From Humisphaera borealis (GTDB lineage: Bacteria; Planctomycetota; Phycisphaerae; Tepidisphaerales; Tepidisphaeraceae): a stretch of 64,000 bases of DNA. The stretch is taken from contig NZ_CP063458.1 of NCBI RefSeq assembly GCF_015169395.1, forward strand, positions 6,901,954 through 6,965,953, in the 5' to 3' direction. Positions 1 to 9,398 of the stretch are shown piece by piece; within the stretch, counting starts at the first letter, position 1, and the number at the start of each line of letters is the position of its first letter. The position numbers were made by a program, and so were the translations under genes. The notes below the pieces were generated by a model. It saw only the letters and a list, made by a program, of their open reading frames with translations, was not told where the DNA came from and ran no database searches.

Positions 1-1076
1 TTGATCGTGTCGCCGGCCTTGACCACGTCCGACGGGTGGCGGATGCGTGTCCAGCTCATCTCGCTGACCGGCAGCAGGCCTTCGATGCCTTCTTCGACTT
101 CAATGAACGCGCCGAAGTTCTCCACCTTTGCTACCCGGCCGGTCACCAGCGTGCCGACGGCGTAGCGGTTCTCGATGCCGCCCCACGGGTCGGGCATCGC
201 CTGCTTCAGGCTCAGGCTGATCTTCCCGCTCGCCGCGTCCATCTTGATGATCTTGACGTCGACGAGATCGCCTTCCTTGACGAAGTCGGAAGGCTTAACG
301 CCCCGGCGATGGCTCATTTCCGAGACGTGGATCAGGCCGTCGGCGCCGCCGAGATCGACGAACGCACCGAAGTCCATCACGCTGCGAACCGTGCCCTGGC
401 GCATCTGGCCGGGTGCCAGCTCGGCCATAAGGACCTTTTTCTTCTCTTCCTTCTCGCGCTCGAGGATGTTCCGGCGGGACAGGACCAGGTTCTTGGCCGC
501 CCGCTCGAACTTGGTGACCTCCGCCTGCATCTTCTGGCCGAGGAAGACCGAGATGTCTTTATGGAAGTAAATGTCGATCTGGCCGGCGGGCATGAAGCCG
601 CGCATGCCTTTGACATCGATCTCGAGCCCGCCCTTGTTCATGCCGGTGACGGTGCCTTCGACGATCTGCCCGGCTTCAAGGTTCTCCCAGCTGACGTTGG
701 CGGCCGATGCCCCCTTGACGCTCAGGAGAATGACGCCTTCGTGGACGTCGTAACGTTCGACGAGGAAGTCCTGTTCCTGGCCGACCACCGGAGGCTCGGC
801 GAACTGGATGAGCGGGACGATGCCCTGGCTCTTGCCGCCGAACTCGACGAACGCTTCATCCTTGCTGATGGAGACGATCTTGCCGTGGCGGACCTGCTTG
901 CCGCCGATCTCGCGCGGTCCTTCGGTTGGTGTCGCCGCTGCCGGTTGGGGCTTGTCGAACCCGTAGAGCGAATCGACTTCGACACCGGTGAGAGCGGCGT
1001 TGAGCTCGGAATCGAGCGCGCTCTCGTCAGCACGAAATTTCTCCTTGAACGGGTCTGCTTTCAGGTCCTCTGCCAT
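1..1076 (-). CDS. rpsA: 30S ribosomal protein S1 (5' portion; gene continues beyond window start)
   Basis: Reverse-complement translation from ATG at 1076 gives MAEDLKADPFKEKFRADESALDSELNAALTGVEVDSLYGFDKP... followed by repeated S1 domains (e.g. GQIVEGTVTGMNKGGLEIDVKGMRGFMP, GTVRSVMDFGAFVDLGGADGLIHVSEMS, VTGRVAKVENFGAFIEVEEGIEGLLPVSEMS). GGAGTG RBS precedes the ATG. Absent from the ORF track because it runs off the window edge. Confidence 0.85.
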   Translation of the reverse strand, partial: MAEDLKADPFKEKFRADESALDSELNAALTGVEVDSLYGFDKPQPAAATPTEGPREIGGKQVRHGKIVSISKDEAFVEFGGKSQGIVPLIQFAEPPVVGQEQDFLVERYDVHEGVILLSVKGASAANVSWENLEAGQIVEGTVTGMNKGGLEIDVKGMRGFMPAGQIDIYFHKDISVFLGQKMQAEVTKFERAAKNLVLSRRNILEREKEEKKKVLMAELAPGQMRQGTVRSVMDFGAFVDLGGADGLIHVSEMSHRRGVKPSDFVKEGDLVDVKIIKMDAASGKISLSLKQAMPDPWGGIENRYAVGTLVTGRVAKVENFGAFIEVEEGIEGLLPVSEMSWTRIRHPSDVVKAGDTI

Positions 1077-1339
1077 GAACACTCCAAATTGGTTGCCGTT
1101 TGAGATAAGGGGGAAATGGTACTGCAGCGCAGGCGGCGGGGGAAGGGTTGGGAGGTCGGAAGTCGCTTCATTTGCCGATGCCTCGTCCGGCTGTCCCAGG
1201 GACGGCTGTCGTGGGCGTTTCCGCTTAGGATCGACCGTCAAGCACCAAGCGGAGCCGCTTCGCAGGATCGGGTCGGGGATACGATCGATCGGAAAAGATG
1301 GGGTCGCGTCTGCCGCCGCCGGCCCTACAATCCCGGCCT

Positions 1340-2866
1340 ATGCCCACCCCAACCGACCCCCGGCAGGCTTACTTGGAACTGGTCAAAGAGCTGCGTGAGA
1401 TCGCCGTCATTGGCTCCATCGCGTCGGTCCTCAGCTGGGACGAGCAAACCTACATGCCGCCCGGAGCGACGGATCATCGTGCCAACCAGGCGTCGCTGAT
1501 GGCGCGGATTTCGCACGAACGGTTCACTTCGCCGCGGCTGGGGGAATTGATCGCGGCGGTGGAGCAGTCTCCGCTGGTTGCCGACCCCCAGGGCGATATC
1601 GCGGCCAACATCCGCGAAACCCGTCGGGACTACGACCGCTCGACGAAGCTGCCTGCGTCTCTGGTTGAGGAGATGTCGCGCGTCGAGGTGCTGTCGCAGC
1701 AGGCTTGGAGCGACGCCAGGAAGAAGTCGGATTACGCCGAGTTCCGCCCCTGGCTCGACAAGGTGCTGCATCTCAAACGGCAGGAGTGTCAGTGCGTCGG
1801 CTTCAAGGATGACCCTTACGATGCGCTACTCGACCAGTATGAGCCGGGTGAGACGGCGACCAGTGTGCGGGCGACGTTCGAGGCGCTGCGCGGGCCACTG
1901 GTCGATCTGGTCGGCAAGATCGTCGGGTCGGGGCGCGTGGCGCCGCTGGAAATCCTTCAGCGGAACTATCCCGCGGCGGCCCAGGAAAAGTTTGCCAGGG
2001 AAGCAGCCCGGGCCGTCGGTTTTAACTTCAACGAAGGGCGGCTCGATACCTCGGTCCATCCGTTCTGCACGCACCTGGGTCCCGGCGATGTCCGCATGAC
2101 GACGCGCTACGACGAGGCCTATTTCGCCGACGCATTCTTCGGGGTTCTGCACGAGACGGGACACGCCCTCTACAACCAGGGCCTGCCGAAGGACCAGTAC
2201 GGTCTGCCCCGTGGCGATGACGTCTCGCTGGGCATCCACGAGAGCCAGAGCCGCATGTGGGAGAACCTCGTCGGCCGGAGCCGGGCGTTTTGGAAGCATT
2301 TCATGCCGCAGGCGAGGGCTGCATTCCCCCAGGCGCTGGCGGGTGTGACCGAGGATGCCTGGTACTTTGCGATCAACGACGTGCGGCCGAGCCTGATTCG
2401 GACCGAAAGCGACGAGACGACCTACAACCTGCACGTGCTGCTTCGGTTCGAGTTGGAGCGGGCGTTGCTGCGCAACGACCTCTCGACCAACGACCTGCCG
2501 GGCGCGTGGAACGAACGGATGGAAAAGTATCTGGGGATTGAACCGCCAGACGATGCCCGAGGTTGTCTGCAGGACATTCACTGGAGCGGCGGGGCGATTG
2601 GATACTTTCCCACGTATACGCTGGGCAACCTGTACGCGGCCCAGTTCTTCGAGCAGGCGAGGAAAGACGTCGGCGATCTGGAGGGGCAGTTTGCGCGGGG
2701 GGATTTCGCGCCATTGCTAGGCTGGTTGCGCGAGAAGATTCACAGCCAGGGGATGAAGTACACGCCGCGACAACTGGTTATGCGCATCACCGGACAGGAT
2801 CTGGCACCGACGGCGCTACTGGCACACCTGCGCCGCAAGGCAGGCGAGCTTTACGGCGTTTCCTGA
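1340..2866 (+). CDS. M32 carboxypeptidase (carboxypeptidase Taq family metallopeptidase)
   Basis: HEXXH motif HETGHALY, HESQSRMWEN and DIHWSGG..GYFPTYTLG motifs characteristic of peptidase M32. The N-terminus PTDPRQAYLELVKELREI aligns with family starts. Alternative upstream ATG at 1298. Confidence 0.8.
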   Translation: MPTPTDPRQAYLELVKELREIAVIGSIASVLSWDEQTYMPPGATDHRANQASLMARISHERFTSPRLGELIAAVEQSPLVADPQGDIAANIRETRRDYDRSTKLPASLVEEMSRVEVLSQQAWSDARKKSDYAEFRPWLDKVLHLKRQECQCVGFKDDPYDALLDQYEPGETATSVRATFEALRGPLVDLVGKIVGSGRVAPLEILQRNYPAAAQEKFAREAARAVGFNFNEGRLDTSVHPFCTHLGPGDVRMTTRYDEAYFADAFFGVLHETGHALYNQGLPKDQYGLPRGDDVSLGIHESQSRMWENLVGRSRAFWKHFMPQARAAFPQALAGVTEDAWYFAINDVRPSLIRTESDETTYNLHVLLRFELERALLRNDLSTNDLPGAWNERMEKYLGIEPPDDARGCLQDIHWSGGAIGYFPTYTLGNLYAAQFFEQARKDVGDLEGQFARGDFAPLLGWLREKIHSQGMKYTPRQLVMRITGQDLAPTALLAHLRRKAGELYGVS

Positions 2867-3083
2867 TCAGGTGCAGACGCTTGACGCCATCGGCTTCAAG
2901 CGACCCCAGCAGCACTAGGGGCTTTTGGAGTCGCAATCTGTGTCTGAAGACGACACGGATTCGCGACAAATTTGCGCTGGCGTCGTTTTTAGAAACTGAC
3001 GTGGTGGACATTTCGTACTACACTTCATCGCTGGGAGTGGTTCATTTCAACGGGACGGTCGCATTTCTTCTTGAGGTCGTAGT

Positions 3084-3881
3084 ATGCACAGTGGCACGCG
3101 CCAGCATTATCGTCGTTGCAATGCGTTTACACTCGTTGAGTTGTTGGTGGTGATTGGGATCATCGCGCTGCTGATCAGCATTTTGCTGCCGTCGCTGGCC
3201 AAGGCGCGGAATCAGGCGAACGCCGTCAAGTGCATCAGCAATCTTCGGCAGTTGGGGATGGCGTTTACGATGTACGCCAACGAGAACCGGCAGCGGCTTC
3301 CGTTTTCGTCATCCGGCGGCAACCCTTACAACGAAGACTGGATTTGGTGGCAGGAGACGGCGGTGGCATCGATCTCTGCGACAATTCCCGGACGGCCCGT
3401 TCCGGATCCGAAGCAGTCCTCTATTGCCCGTTATGTAGGTGGGTTCAATCCCGAGTTCTTCCGATGCCCGGGCGACGACACGGTCCAGCGCAAATCAACC
3501 ACGTCGGGTGGGTTCTATCGCTTTAGTTACAGCATGAATTACCGGTTGGAGAGTCTGATCAAGACCGTGCCGCCGATCGGCGCTATTCGCAATTCCTCGT
3601 CTAAGATCCTGCTGGTCGAGGAGGATGCCCTGACCATCAACGACGGGCGGTGGGTGCCGCCGCTCTACAACGCAAGCCAGGTTTGGGATACGGGATCGGG
3701 CAAGGGGGATTTGCTCGACACCCGCCACGATCGGCTGAAAGTGAATCCCGATAACGGGCAGTACGATCCGCTGCCAAACCCCGACTATCGCGGCAACGTC
3801 GCCTTCCTCGACGGGCACGCAGAGTTTATTTCTCGAAGCGTGGCGCACGACGAGAGAAGCGTGCGATGGGACAAAAACTAG
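3084..3881 (+). CDS. DUF1559 protein with prepilin-type N-terminal cleavage/methylation domain (planctomycete pseudopilin-like)
   Basis: N-terminus NAFTLVELLVVIGIIALLISILLPSL is a class III signal / N-methylation site. DUF1559-like body with C-terminal FLDGHAEF motif. Confidence 0.8.
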   Translation: MHSGTRQHYRRCNAFTLVELLVVIGIIALLISILLPSLAKARNQANAVKCISNLRQLGMAFTMYANENRQRLPFSSSGGNPYNEDWIWWQETAVASISATIPGRPVPDPKQSSIARYVGGFNPEFFRCPGDDTVQRKSTTSGGFYRFSYSMNYRLESLIKTVPPIGAIRNSSSKILLVEEDALTINDGRWVPPLYNASQVWDTGSGKGDLLDTRHDRLKVNPDNGQYDPLPNPDYRGNVAFLDGHAEFISRSVAHDERSVRWDKN

Positions 3882-4082
3882 CGGATCGTTCCGCTCGAAT
3901 CGGCGAATCAGTTTAAGTGGCATTGGCAAGCGTACTCGCGTGCCCCGTGGCGGATGCCGTCCGAGGGTTGACACGGGCAACGGGGTACCGTCACCCATGC
4001 CACCCAGCACCGCTATGTCGAATGGAGCGCGGCCGAGAATACGGCAGATCCGCCGGCCTTCGTCCGCCGGTTCGCCAAGCCT

Positions 4083-4559
4083 TTAGCGACCACCCTTTTC
4101 GTATTCTTTCAGGAACCCTTCGAACTCGCGGAGGTGGCCTTCTTCGTCGGCGAGGATGGTGGTCACCATATCCGCTGTGACGTAGTCGGTTCCTTCACAC
4201 GTCTCGATGATCTTTCGGTAGTGGTTGATTGCGCCCTGTTCGGCTTCGATCACGCCTTTAATGACGTGCACAATGTCGGTCGGGTCTTCCGCCGGCTGGA
4301 GCGACTTCTGGTTGGGTCGGATCTCCATGCTGCCCGGGACGCGGCCGTACAATTCCTTGATCCGCTTGCCGAAAAGCTGGGCGTGACCCAGCTCCGCTGT
4401 AATGTCGGCGGCCAGGCTGTTCTTGATTTCCTTCGCCCGCACGCCGTCGGGATTGATGCTGTTGGCGATGTAGCTGGCCACCGTTTCGACCTCCATCCAG
4501 TAGGCCTGGATGAGCAGGTCGACGATCTCTTTACGCTTGGTTTCGTTGGGGATAATCAT
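4083..4559 (-). CDS. ferritin-like superfamily protein (Dps/bacterioferritin-like four-helix bundle)
   Basis: 158-aa ORF with coding-type GC3 and E/H-rich helices (EIVDLLIQAYWMEVE...ELGHAQLFGKRIKEL...EAEQGAINHYRKIIE). Confidence 0.55.
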   Translation of the reverse strand: MIIPNETKRKEIVDLLIQAYWMEVETVASYIANSINPDGVRAKEIKNSLAADITAELGHAQLFGKRIKELYGRVPGSMEIRPNQKSLQPAEDPTDIVHVIKGVIEAEQGAINHYRKIIETCEGTDYVTADMVTTILADEEGHLREFEGFLKEYEKGGR

Positions 4560-4678
4560 GGTTCTCTCCGTAGCCGTCGTTCACAACAACTGTGAACATC
4601 AGGCAACGACCTGATGATAGGCCGGGACCGCTAGCGGAGAACGAATCGAACATTGGTATAGGGAGCAGTTCGGCAGGA

Positions 4679-5350
4679 CTAGGGTCCGACCTGCAAGTTG
4701 GCCTCGGCCGCGCGGGCTCGGGCGGCGGCGAGTACAGCACGCACTTCGCCCAGGGCGACCGTGGTTTCCTCGCGGCTCTGCCGGGCGACGATCGTTCCTT
4801 TCAGGGTCGTCGTCCCCAAACGGTCGACCATGCCACTGCCGGAAACCGTTGTCGGTAGAACGCGAGCATTTTCGATCGTCAGAACGATTTGGTCACCCGA
4901 CCGCTCCACGCGAACCAAGCCGGTGCCGTGGTACTCGATCAGGCCGCTCGCGGGAGTGCCGTCGGTAAGGCCGACCGGCGTGACATACCAATGGATCGCC
5001 GCGTTCTGCGAGGCGTCCCGGTCCTGAGCCTTGATGGTGTGTCCCTGCTGCCAGAGCACGCGAACATGGAGCACGTGTTTTACCGGGGCACAATCGCCGC
5101 TCGCGCCATTGGTCTGGCAGGTGACGACCACATCGGTATCGCCGGCAGGCTGCATGTCAGCCACGCCGACGGGGAGCGACTGCTTGTACAACTCGCCGCT
5201 CCGGGCCGACGTAAGACGGAGGTTCGACTGCTGGCTCGCGTTGGAGCAGCCGGTCGCCAGTGCGAGAAGCGACAATCCGATGGCAAGCGTGGCGGCGTAG
5301 AGGGGTTTCAAGGGAGAATCCTTTGACTGCGTGATCCGAAAACGAAACAC
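4679..5350 (-). CDS. hypothetical lipoprotein
   Basis: Signal peptide with lipobox LLALATGCS. 223 aa, no recognisable catalytic motifs. Confidence 0.55.
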   Translation of the reverse strand: MFRFRITQSKDSPLKPLYAATLAIGLSLLALATGCSNASQQSNLRLTSARSGELYKQSLPVGVADMQPAGDTDVVVTCQTNGASGDCAPVKHVLHVRVLWQQGHTIKAQDRDASQNAAIHWYVTPVGLTDGTPASGLIEYHGTGLVRVERSGDQIVLTIENARVLPTTVSGSGMVDRLGTTTLKGTIVARQSREETTVALGEVRAVLAAARARAAEANLQVGP

Positions 5351-5497
5351 CCGCCCACATCGGTGAGCGGGTGATCTGTTTATCGGACGGTCGAAGGGAA
5401 CTTCGTGAGCCGCAGGCGGATGATCCGCGATCTCGAGACCGATCTCTTTAGGTTCAGATGTCAGTTTCCAGATCCTGCAATCGCCGCTCGAACGGCA

Positions 5498-6436
5498 TCA
5501 ACCCAGACCAAGCAACCCCAGGGAATCGCGTTCGACGATGCCGCGGAGCATTTCGCGAGGGACCACCGGCAGATTGGTGCCCTGGGCCATCTGGTTGATG
5601 CTGTAGAGCGCTTCGATGCACTCGGTCGCGTTGGTGTAGGGGAAGTCAGAGCCGAACAACAGCTTGTCGATCACACCCGCCTGATGGGCGCTGACCAACG
5701 CGTTGTAGGCCTGCCAGGGGCGCGACAGCAGGCCGCTGACGTCGGCGAAGACGTGGCGGTGCTTGCCGAGCATGACGATGCTCTCCTCGACCCACGGCTG
5801 ACCGATCTGAGCGATGATCATCCGAAGGTTGGGGAAAGACCGCGCCACTTCGTCGAGCAGGTAGGGCCTGCCGTACTCGAGCTTGCTTTGTTCGGTGAAC
5901 TGGCCGCTCGGATGGAACAGCACCGGCATACCGAGCCGCTCGCAGGCGGCGTAGACGTCCATCGCCCGGCTGTCGCTGGGATGGAAGTCCTGGTTCGCCG
6001 GCGAGATGGTGACCCCGCGAAGCTTCAGCTCTTCACGCGCGATCAGAACCTCATCGACGGCGGCATCGTCGGTGGGATCGATGCCGGCGAACCCGATGAG
6101 CTTCTGCGGAAACCGCCGGACGTACTCGGCAACGAAGCGATTGGGGATCTCCGCCTGCAGGTAACGGCTCTTGAAACCCAGGACGATCGATTTATCGACG
6201 CTCGTCGCCTCGGCCCAGTGGTGGTCGGGGTCGGCCGCCGGAATGCTCCGCCAGAGTCCCTTGCCGGGCACGGGCGCTACTGGCGCACCGGCCGCGGCAG
6301 GGCGCGCAGCAGCGGCGGCGGTCTGCCCGGCCGAGCCGGACATCCGCTTTCGGTTCGGCTTCATCGCTCCGCCAAGGTCCAACTGGCCGAGCTGGTCAGG
6401 CGATTCCCAGATATGCGTATGGCAATCAACGATCAT
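5498..6436 (-). CDS. amidohydrolase-2 family metal-dependent hydrolase (TIM barrel) with Ala/Pro-rich low-complexity insertion
   Basis: N-terminal MIVDCHTHIWESPDQ is typical of PF04909. HxH...D metal ligands; a ~45-aa A/P-rich insert follows the first strand. Confidence 0.7.
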   Translation of the reverse strand: MIVDCHTHIWESPDQLGQLDLGGAMKPNRKRMSGSAGQTAAAAARPAAAGAPVAPVPGKGLWRSIPAADPDHHWAEATSVDKSIVLGFKSRYLQAEIPNRFVAEYVRRFPQKLIGFAGIDPTDDAAVDEVLIAREELKLRGVTISPANQDFHPSDSRAMDVYAACERLGMPVLFHPSGQFTEQSKLEYGRPYLLDEVARSFPNLRMIIAQIGQPWVEESIVMLGKHRHVFADVSGLLSRPWQAYNALVSAHQAGVIDKLLFGSDFPYTNATECIEALYSINQMAQGTNLPVVPREMLRGIVERDSLGLLGLG

Positions 6437-6867
6437 GTGGATCGGCTCTCATCCCCTTTACTGCAAAGAAGGGGCACAGACTCGAAGACGCCGCCGTGCA
6501 ACAGCGGCGTCCCAACCTTGCCCTTGACTCGTCGCGTCCGTGACGAGAGGAAGTCTACGGGAATCCGTCCCGCGAGCAAAGTTATCGGACACGTTACGTC
6601 GATCGAGCTCAGGAGGTTCGTTCCTGCCTCTTATCGGACTGCCGACCCCAACAAGACGAAAGAATCGGATGAAGCAGAGGTTAGGACGCTCTTTGCTGAG
6701 ATATCACACGGCTGGAGACACGTCGATTTATTAAGTCTCCATGACCGATCGCAATGAAAATGATGTGGATTGCCCAGAAGAATTGCGCCGTTGACCAGCG
6801 CACGCGGCCACACCGCGGCACACTCCGCCACAAACGTCTGCCTTATCTGCCGGTGCCGATGTCGTCA

Positions 6868-7302
6868 TCAGGCCCGACCGTAAATGTACTCGCTCAGGAA
6901 CGAGATCTGGGCCTGCTGCTGCGAAGCGAACTGGGCGCTGACATCCCCGATGGAAATGAGTCCGATCAGTTCATCCTGCTCGCAGACGGGGATGTGGCGG
7001 ACGCGGCGTTCCTTCATGACGGCGGCTACATCTTCGATGTCTTCGTCGGCACCACAGCAGATGACTTCTGTCGTCATGACATCCCCGACGAGCATTTCCC
7101 GCGGGCCGCGTTCCATCCCGACGACCCGCTGGAGCACGTCGCGCTCGGTAAACATGCCCGCGACCGAACCGCCGTCCATCACGACCAGTGCGCCGATCTT
7201 GTTTCGATTCATTTTATCGACGGCTTCCATGACGGTCGCGCCCGGGGCGACGGTCATCACTTTGGAACCCTTGGCCGCCAGAACATCGCGTACGGTAGGC
7301 AT
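6868..7302 (-). CDS. CBS-domain pair protein
   Basis: Two CBS motifs (VMTVAPGATVMEAVDKM..., VGDVMTTEVICCGADEDIEDVAAVMKERRVRHIPV). Start at internal ATG preceded by AAGGAG RBS. The longer track ORF (to 7488) lacks an RBS. Confidence 0.75.
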   Translation of the reverse strand: MPTVRDVLAAKGSKVMTVAPGATVMEAVDKMNRNKIGALVVMDGGSVAGMFTERDVLQRVVGMERGPREMLVGDVMTTEVICCGADEDIEDVAAVMKERRVRHIPVCEQDELIGLISIGDVSAQFASQQQAQISFLSEYIYGRA

Positions 7303-7548
7303 GACATGCTCCTTTCGAGAGCGGTCGGGCGATCGTGAGTGCCGGTTCGCGCTGCCGGATCGCTCGTGGTTGAGCCCGGGCGGGTGAGGTCGCCGACAGG
7401 CCCTGTATTCCCTGACAGAAGTGAACAGCCTCGTGGCGAACTTCGCCGTCGGCCGGTCGGGGCAGTATGCGCAGGTCGCGCGACGCAATTCAACATTGTG
7501 AAAAAATGAACTTGGAAGTGTCGTGCCGGGTCAGGAAGGGCGTTATTG

Positions 7549-7675
7549 CTGGTCATTTGTCACTGGTCACTTGTCACTAGTCATTTGGGACAGGTCATCT
7601 GCGACCTCTGTCGCACCGACGCGATCTCTGGCGTCAGGAACTACAAGTGACCAATGACAAGTGAAAGGTGACCAA
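7549..7675. promoter_or_regulatory. repeat array in the CBS / der divergent intergenic region: 2.5 tandem copies of TGGTCAYTTGTCAC plus an inverted copy 65 bp downstream
   Basis: CTGGTCATTTGTCACTGGTCACTTGTCACTAGTCATTTGG (7549-7590) and AAGTGACCAATGACAAGTGAAAGGTGACCAA (7644-7674). Confidence 0.5.
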
Positions 7676-7696
7676 TTCCGCTATACTTGCCGGGCT

Positions 7697-9346
7697 ATGG
7701 ACCCCGCCTCCCAACCCGCCGCCACCCGACGCGTATTGCCGACTGTTGCCATTGTCGGTCGCCCCAACGTCGGCAAGAGCAGTCTGCTCAACGCACTGGC
7801 TCGTCGCACGATCAGTATTGTCGAGGACATGCCCGGGGTGACGCGCGATCGCATTTCCACGCCTTTACGAGTCACCGACACCGCCGGGGTTGACCGGTAC
7901 ATCGAGCTCGTCGACACCGGGGGATACGGATTCATCGATTCCGACGACCTGACGGAGCACATCAAGCAACAGATCGAGCAGGCGATGGCGCTGGCGCAGC
8001 TGGTGCTTTTTGTCGTCGACTGCGATGCCGGTCTGACCGCCGGCGATACCGAAATCGCGACGCTGCTGCGCAGCAAGGGGATCAAGACGGTTCTGCTGGC
8101 CAACAAGGCCGACAGCGTCAAGTCCGATGTCAGCCTCGGCGACTTCGCCCGCCTTGGTCTGGGGACGCCGCTGGGCATCTCCGCGACGAACAAGCGAAAC
8201 ATCGACGAGCTCGATGCGCTGATCGCCCGCAACGTCGATCTGTCGCACGCGCCGACGGAGATCCCCGAGCCCACGATGCTCGTCGCGATCGTCGGTAAGC
8301 GCAATGCCGGCAAAAGCACGCTCGTCAACGCGATCGCGAAGATCTACGAAGGCGAAGAAGGCGACAAGGGGGACCGGGTGATCGTCTCGGAAGTGCCCGG
8401 CACCACGCGTGACAGCGTGGACGTACGGTTCGAGAAGGACGGCAAGGCGCTGGTCGTCATCGATACCGCCGGTGTCCGCAAGATGCGGCACATGGTGACC
8501 AACGATATTGAGTTCTACAGTTTCCACCGCGCCGAGCGGAGTATCCGCCGGGCCGACATCATCATGCTGCTGATCGACGCGACGGAGCGCATCAGCGACC
8601 CCGACAAGAAGCTGGCCGGCTATATCGCCGAGCAGCACAAGCCGGTGGTGCTGGTCGTGAACAAGTGGGACCTGGCCCGCAAGCTGCTCATCGAGCAGGC
8701 GCAGGCCGACAAGACCGGACACCGGGTCGACGATGTGACGCTGATGGAGCAGTATCGCGCCTACATCGACCGCGAACTGCGGCATCTCGACTACGCCCCG
8801 ATCGCGTTCGTGACGGCCAAGGAAGGCCGCAACGTGCAGGCGGCGCTGGACCTGTGCCAGCATCTGTTCAACCAGACGAACCAGCGCGTTTCGACGAGCA
8901 AGTTGAACACAGTGGTCCGCGAGATCATGACCGAGCGGGGGCCGAGCACCAAGCACGGCAGGAAGGTCAAGGTCTACTACGTGACACAGTCTGACGTCGC
9001 ACCGCCGCAGATCGTGCTGTTCGTGAACAATCCCGACTTTCTTACGCCGCAATATGAACGGTACATGATCAACCGCATGCGGGAGATGCTGCCGTTCCCG
9101 GAGGTTCCGATTCGGCTCTTCACCAAGGCGCGTAAGCGGGTGGATTTTGGCACCGCCAAGGACATGAAGGGCGCACCGCCGGTGGATGCGGCGGCGTTCG
9201 ACTCGGGCAAGGGGGACAAGGCGGTCAAGGTTCGCAAAAAGGGCAAGTCCGTCAACCGTGCCGCCAGCGCCAAGGGGCGGCGAGGCAAGGTGAAGGGCGG
9301 CGCGAAAAAGAACCCGAAGATCCGGCGCAAGCGAGAAGGGGCCTGA
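7697..9346 (+). CDS. der: ribosome-associated GTPase Der (EngA) with lysine/arginine-rich C-terminal extension
   Basis: Two tandem GTPase domains (G1 motifs GRPNVGKSSLLN and GKRNAGKSTLVN) plus KH-like domain. Extra ~80-aa basic tail (KKGKSVNRAASAKGRRGKVKGGAKKNPKIRRKREGA). The track start at 7661 is a GTG inside an upstream repeat, so the ATG at 7697 is preferred. Confidence 0.85.
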   Translation: MDPASQPAATRRVLPTVAIVGRPNVGKSSLLNALARRTISIVEDMPGVTRDRISTPLRVTDTAGVDRYIELVDTGGYGFIDSDDLTEHIKQQIEQAMALAQLVLFVVDCDAGLTAGDTEIATLLRSKGIKTVLLANKADSVKSDVSLGDFARLGLGTPLGISATNKRNIDELDALIARNVDLSHAPTEIPEPTMLVAIVGKRNAGKSTLVNAIAKIYEGEEGDKGDRVIVSEVPGTTRDSVDVRFEKDGKALVVIDTAGVRKMRHMVTNDIEFYSFHRAERSIRRADIIMLLIDATERISDPDKKLAGYIAEQHKPVVLVVNKWDLARKLLIEQAQADKTGHRVDDVTLMEQYRAYIDRELRHLDYAPIAFVTAKEGRNVQAALDLCQHLFNQTNQRVSTSKLNTVVREIMTERGPSTKHGRKVKVYYVTQSDVAPPQIVLFVNNPDFLTPQYERYMINRMREMLPFPEVPIRLFTKARKRVDFGTAKDMKGAPPVDAAAFDSGKGDKAVKVRKKGKSVNRAASAKGRRGKVKGGAKKNPKIRRKREGA

Positions 9347-9398
9347 CGAGCGGTCGCCAGAGGACGCGCCGCCGGCCTGAACGTGTCCTTCAACGTTG

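Noticed and set aside
36-1103. 355-aa plus-strand ORF at the window start
   Set aside because: It is the antisense shadow of rpsA. The reverse strand translates into clear S1 domains, whereas this frame gives a low-complexity D/A/L-rich product.
5405-6757. 450-aa plus-strand ORF
   Set aside because: Antisense to the amidohydrolase gene; no domain signal.
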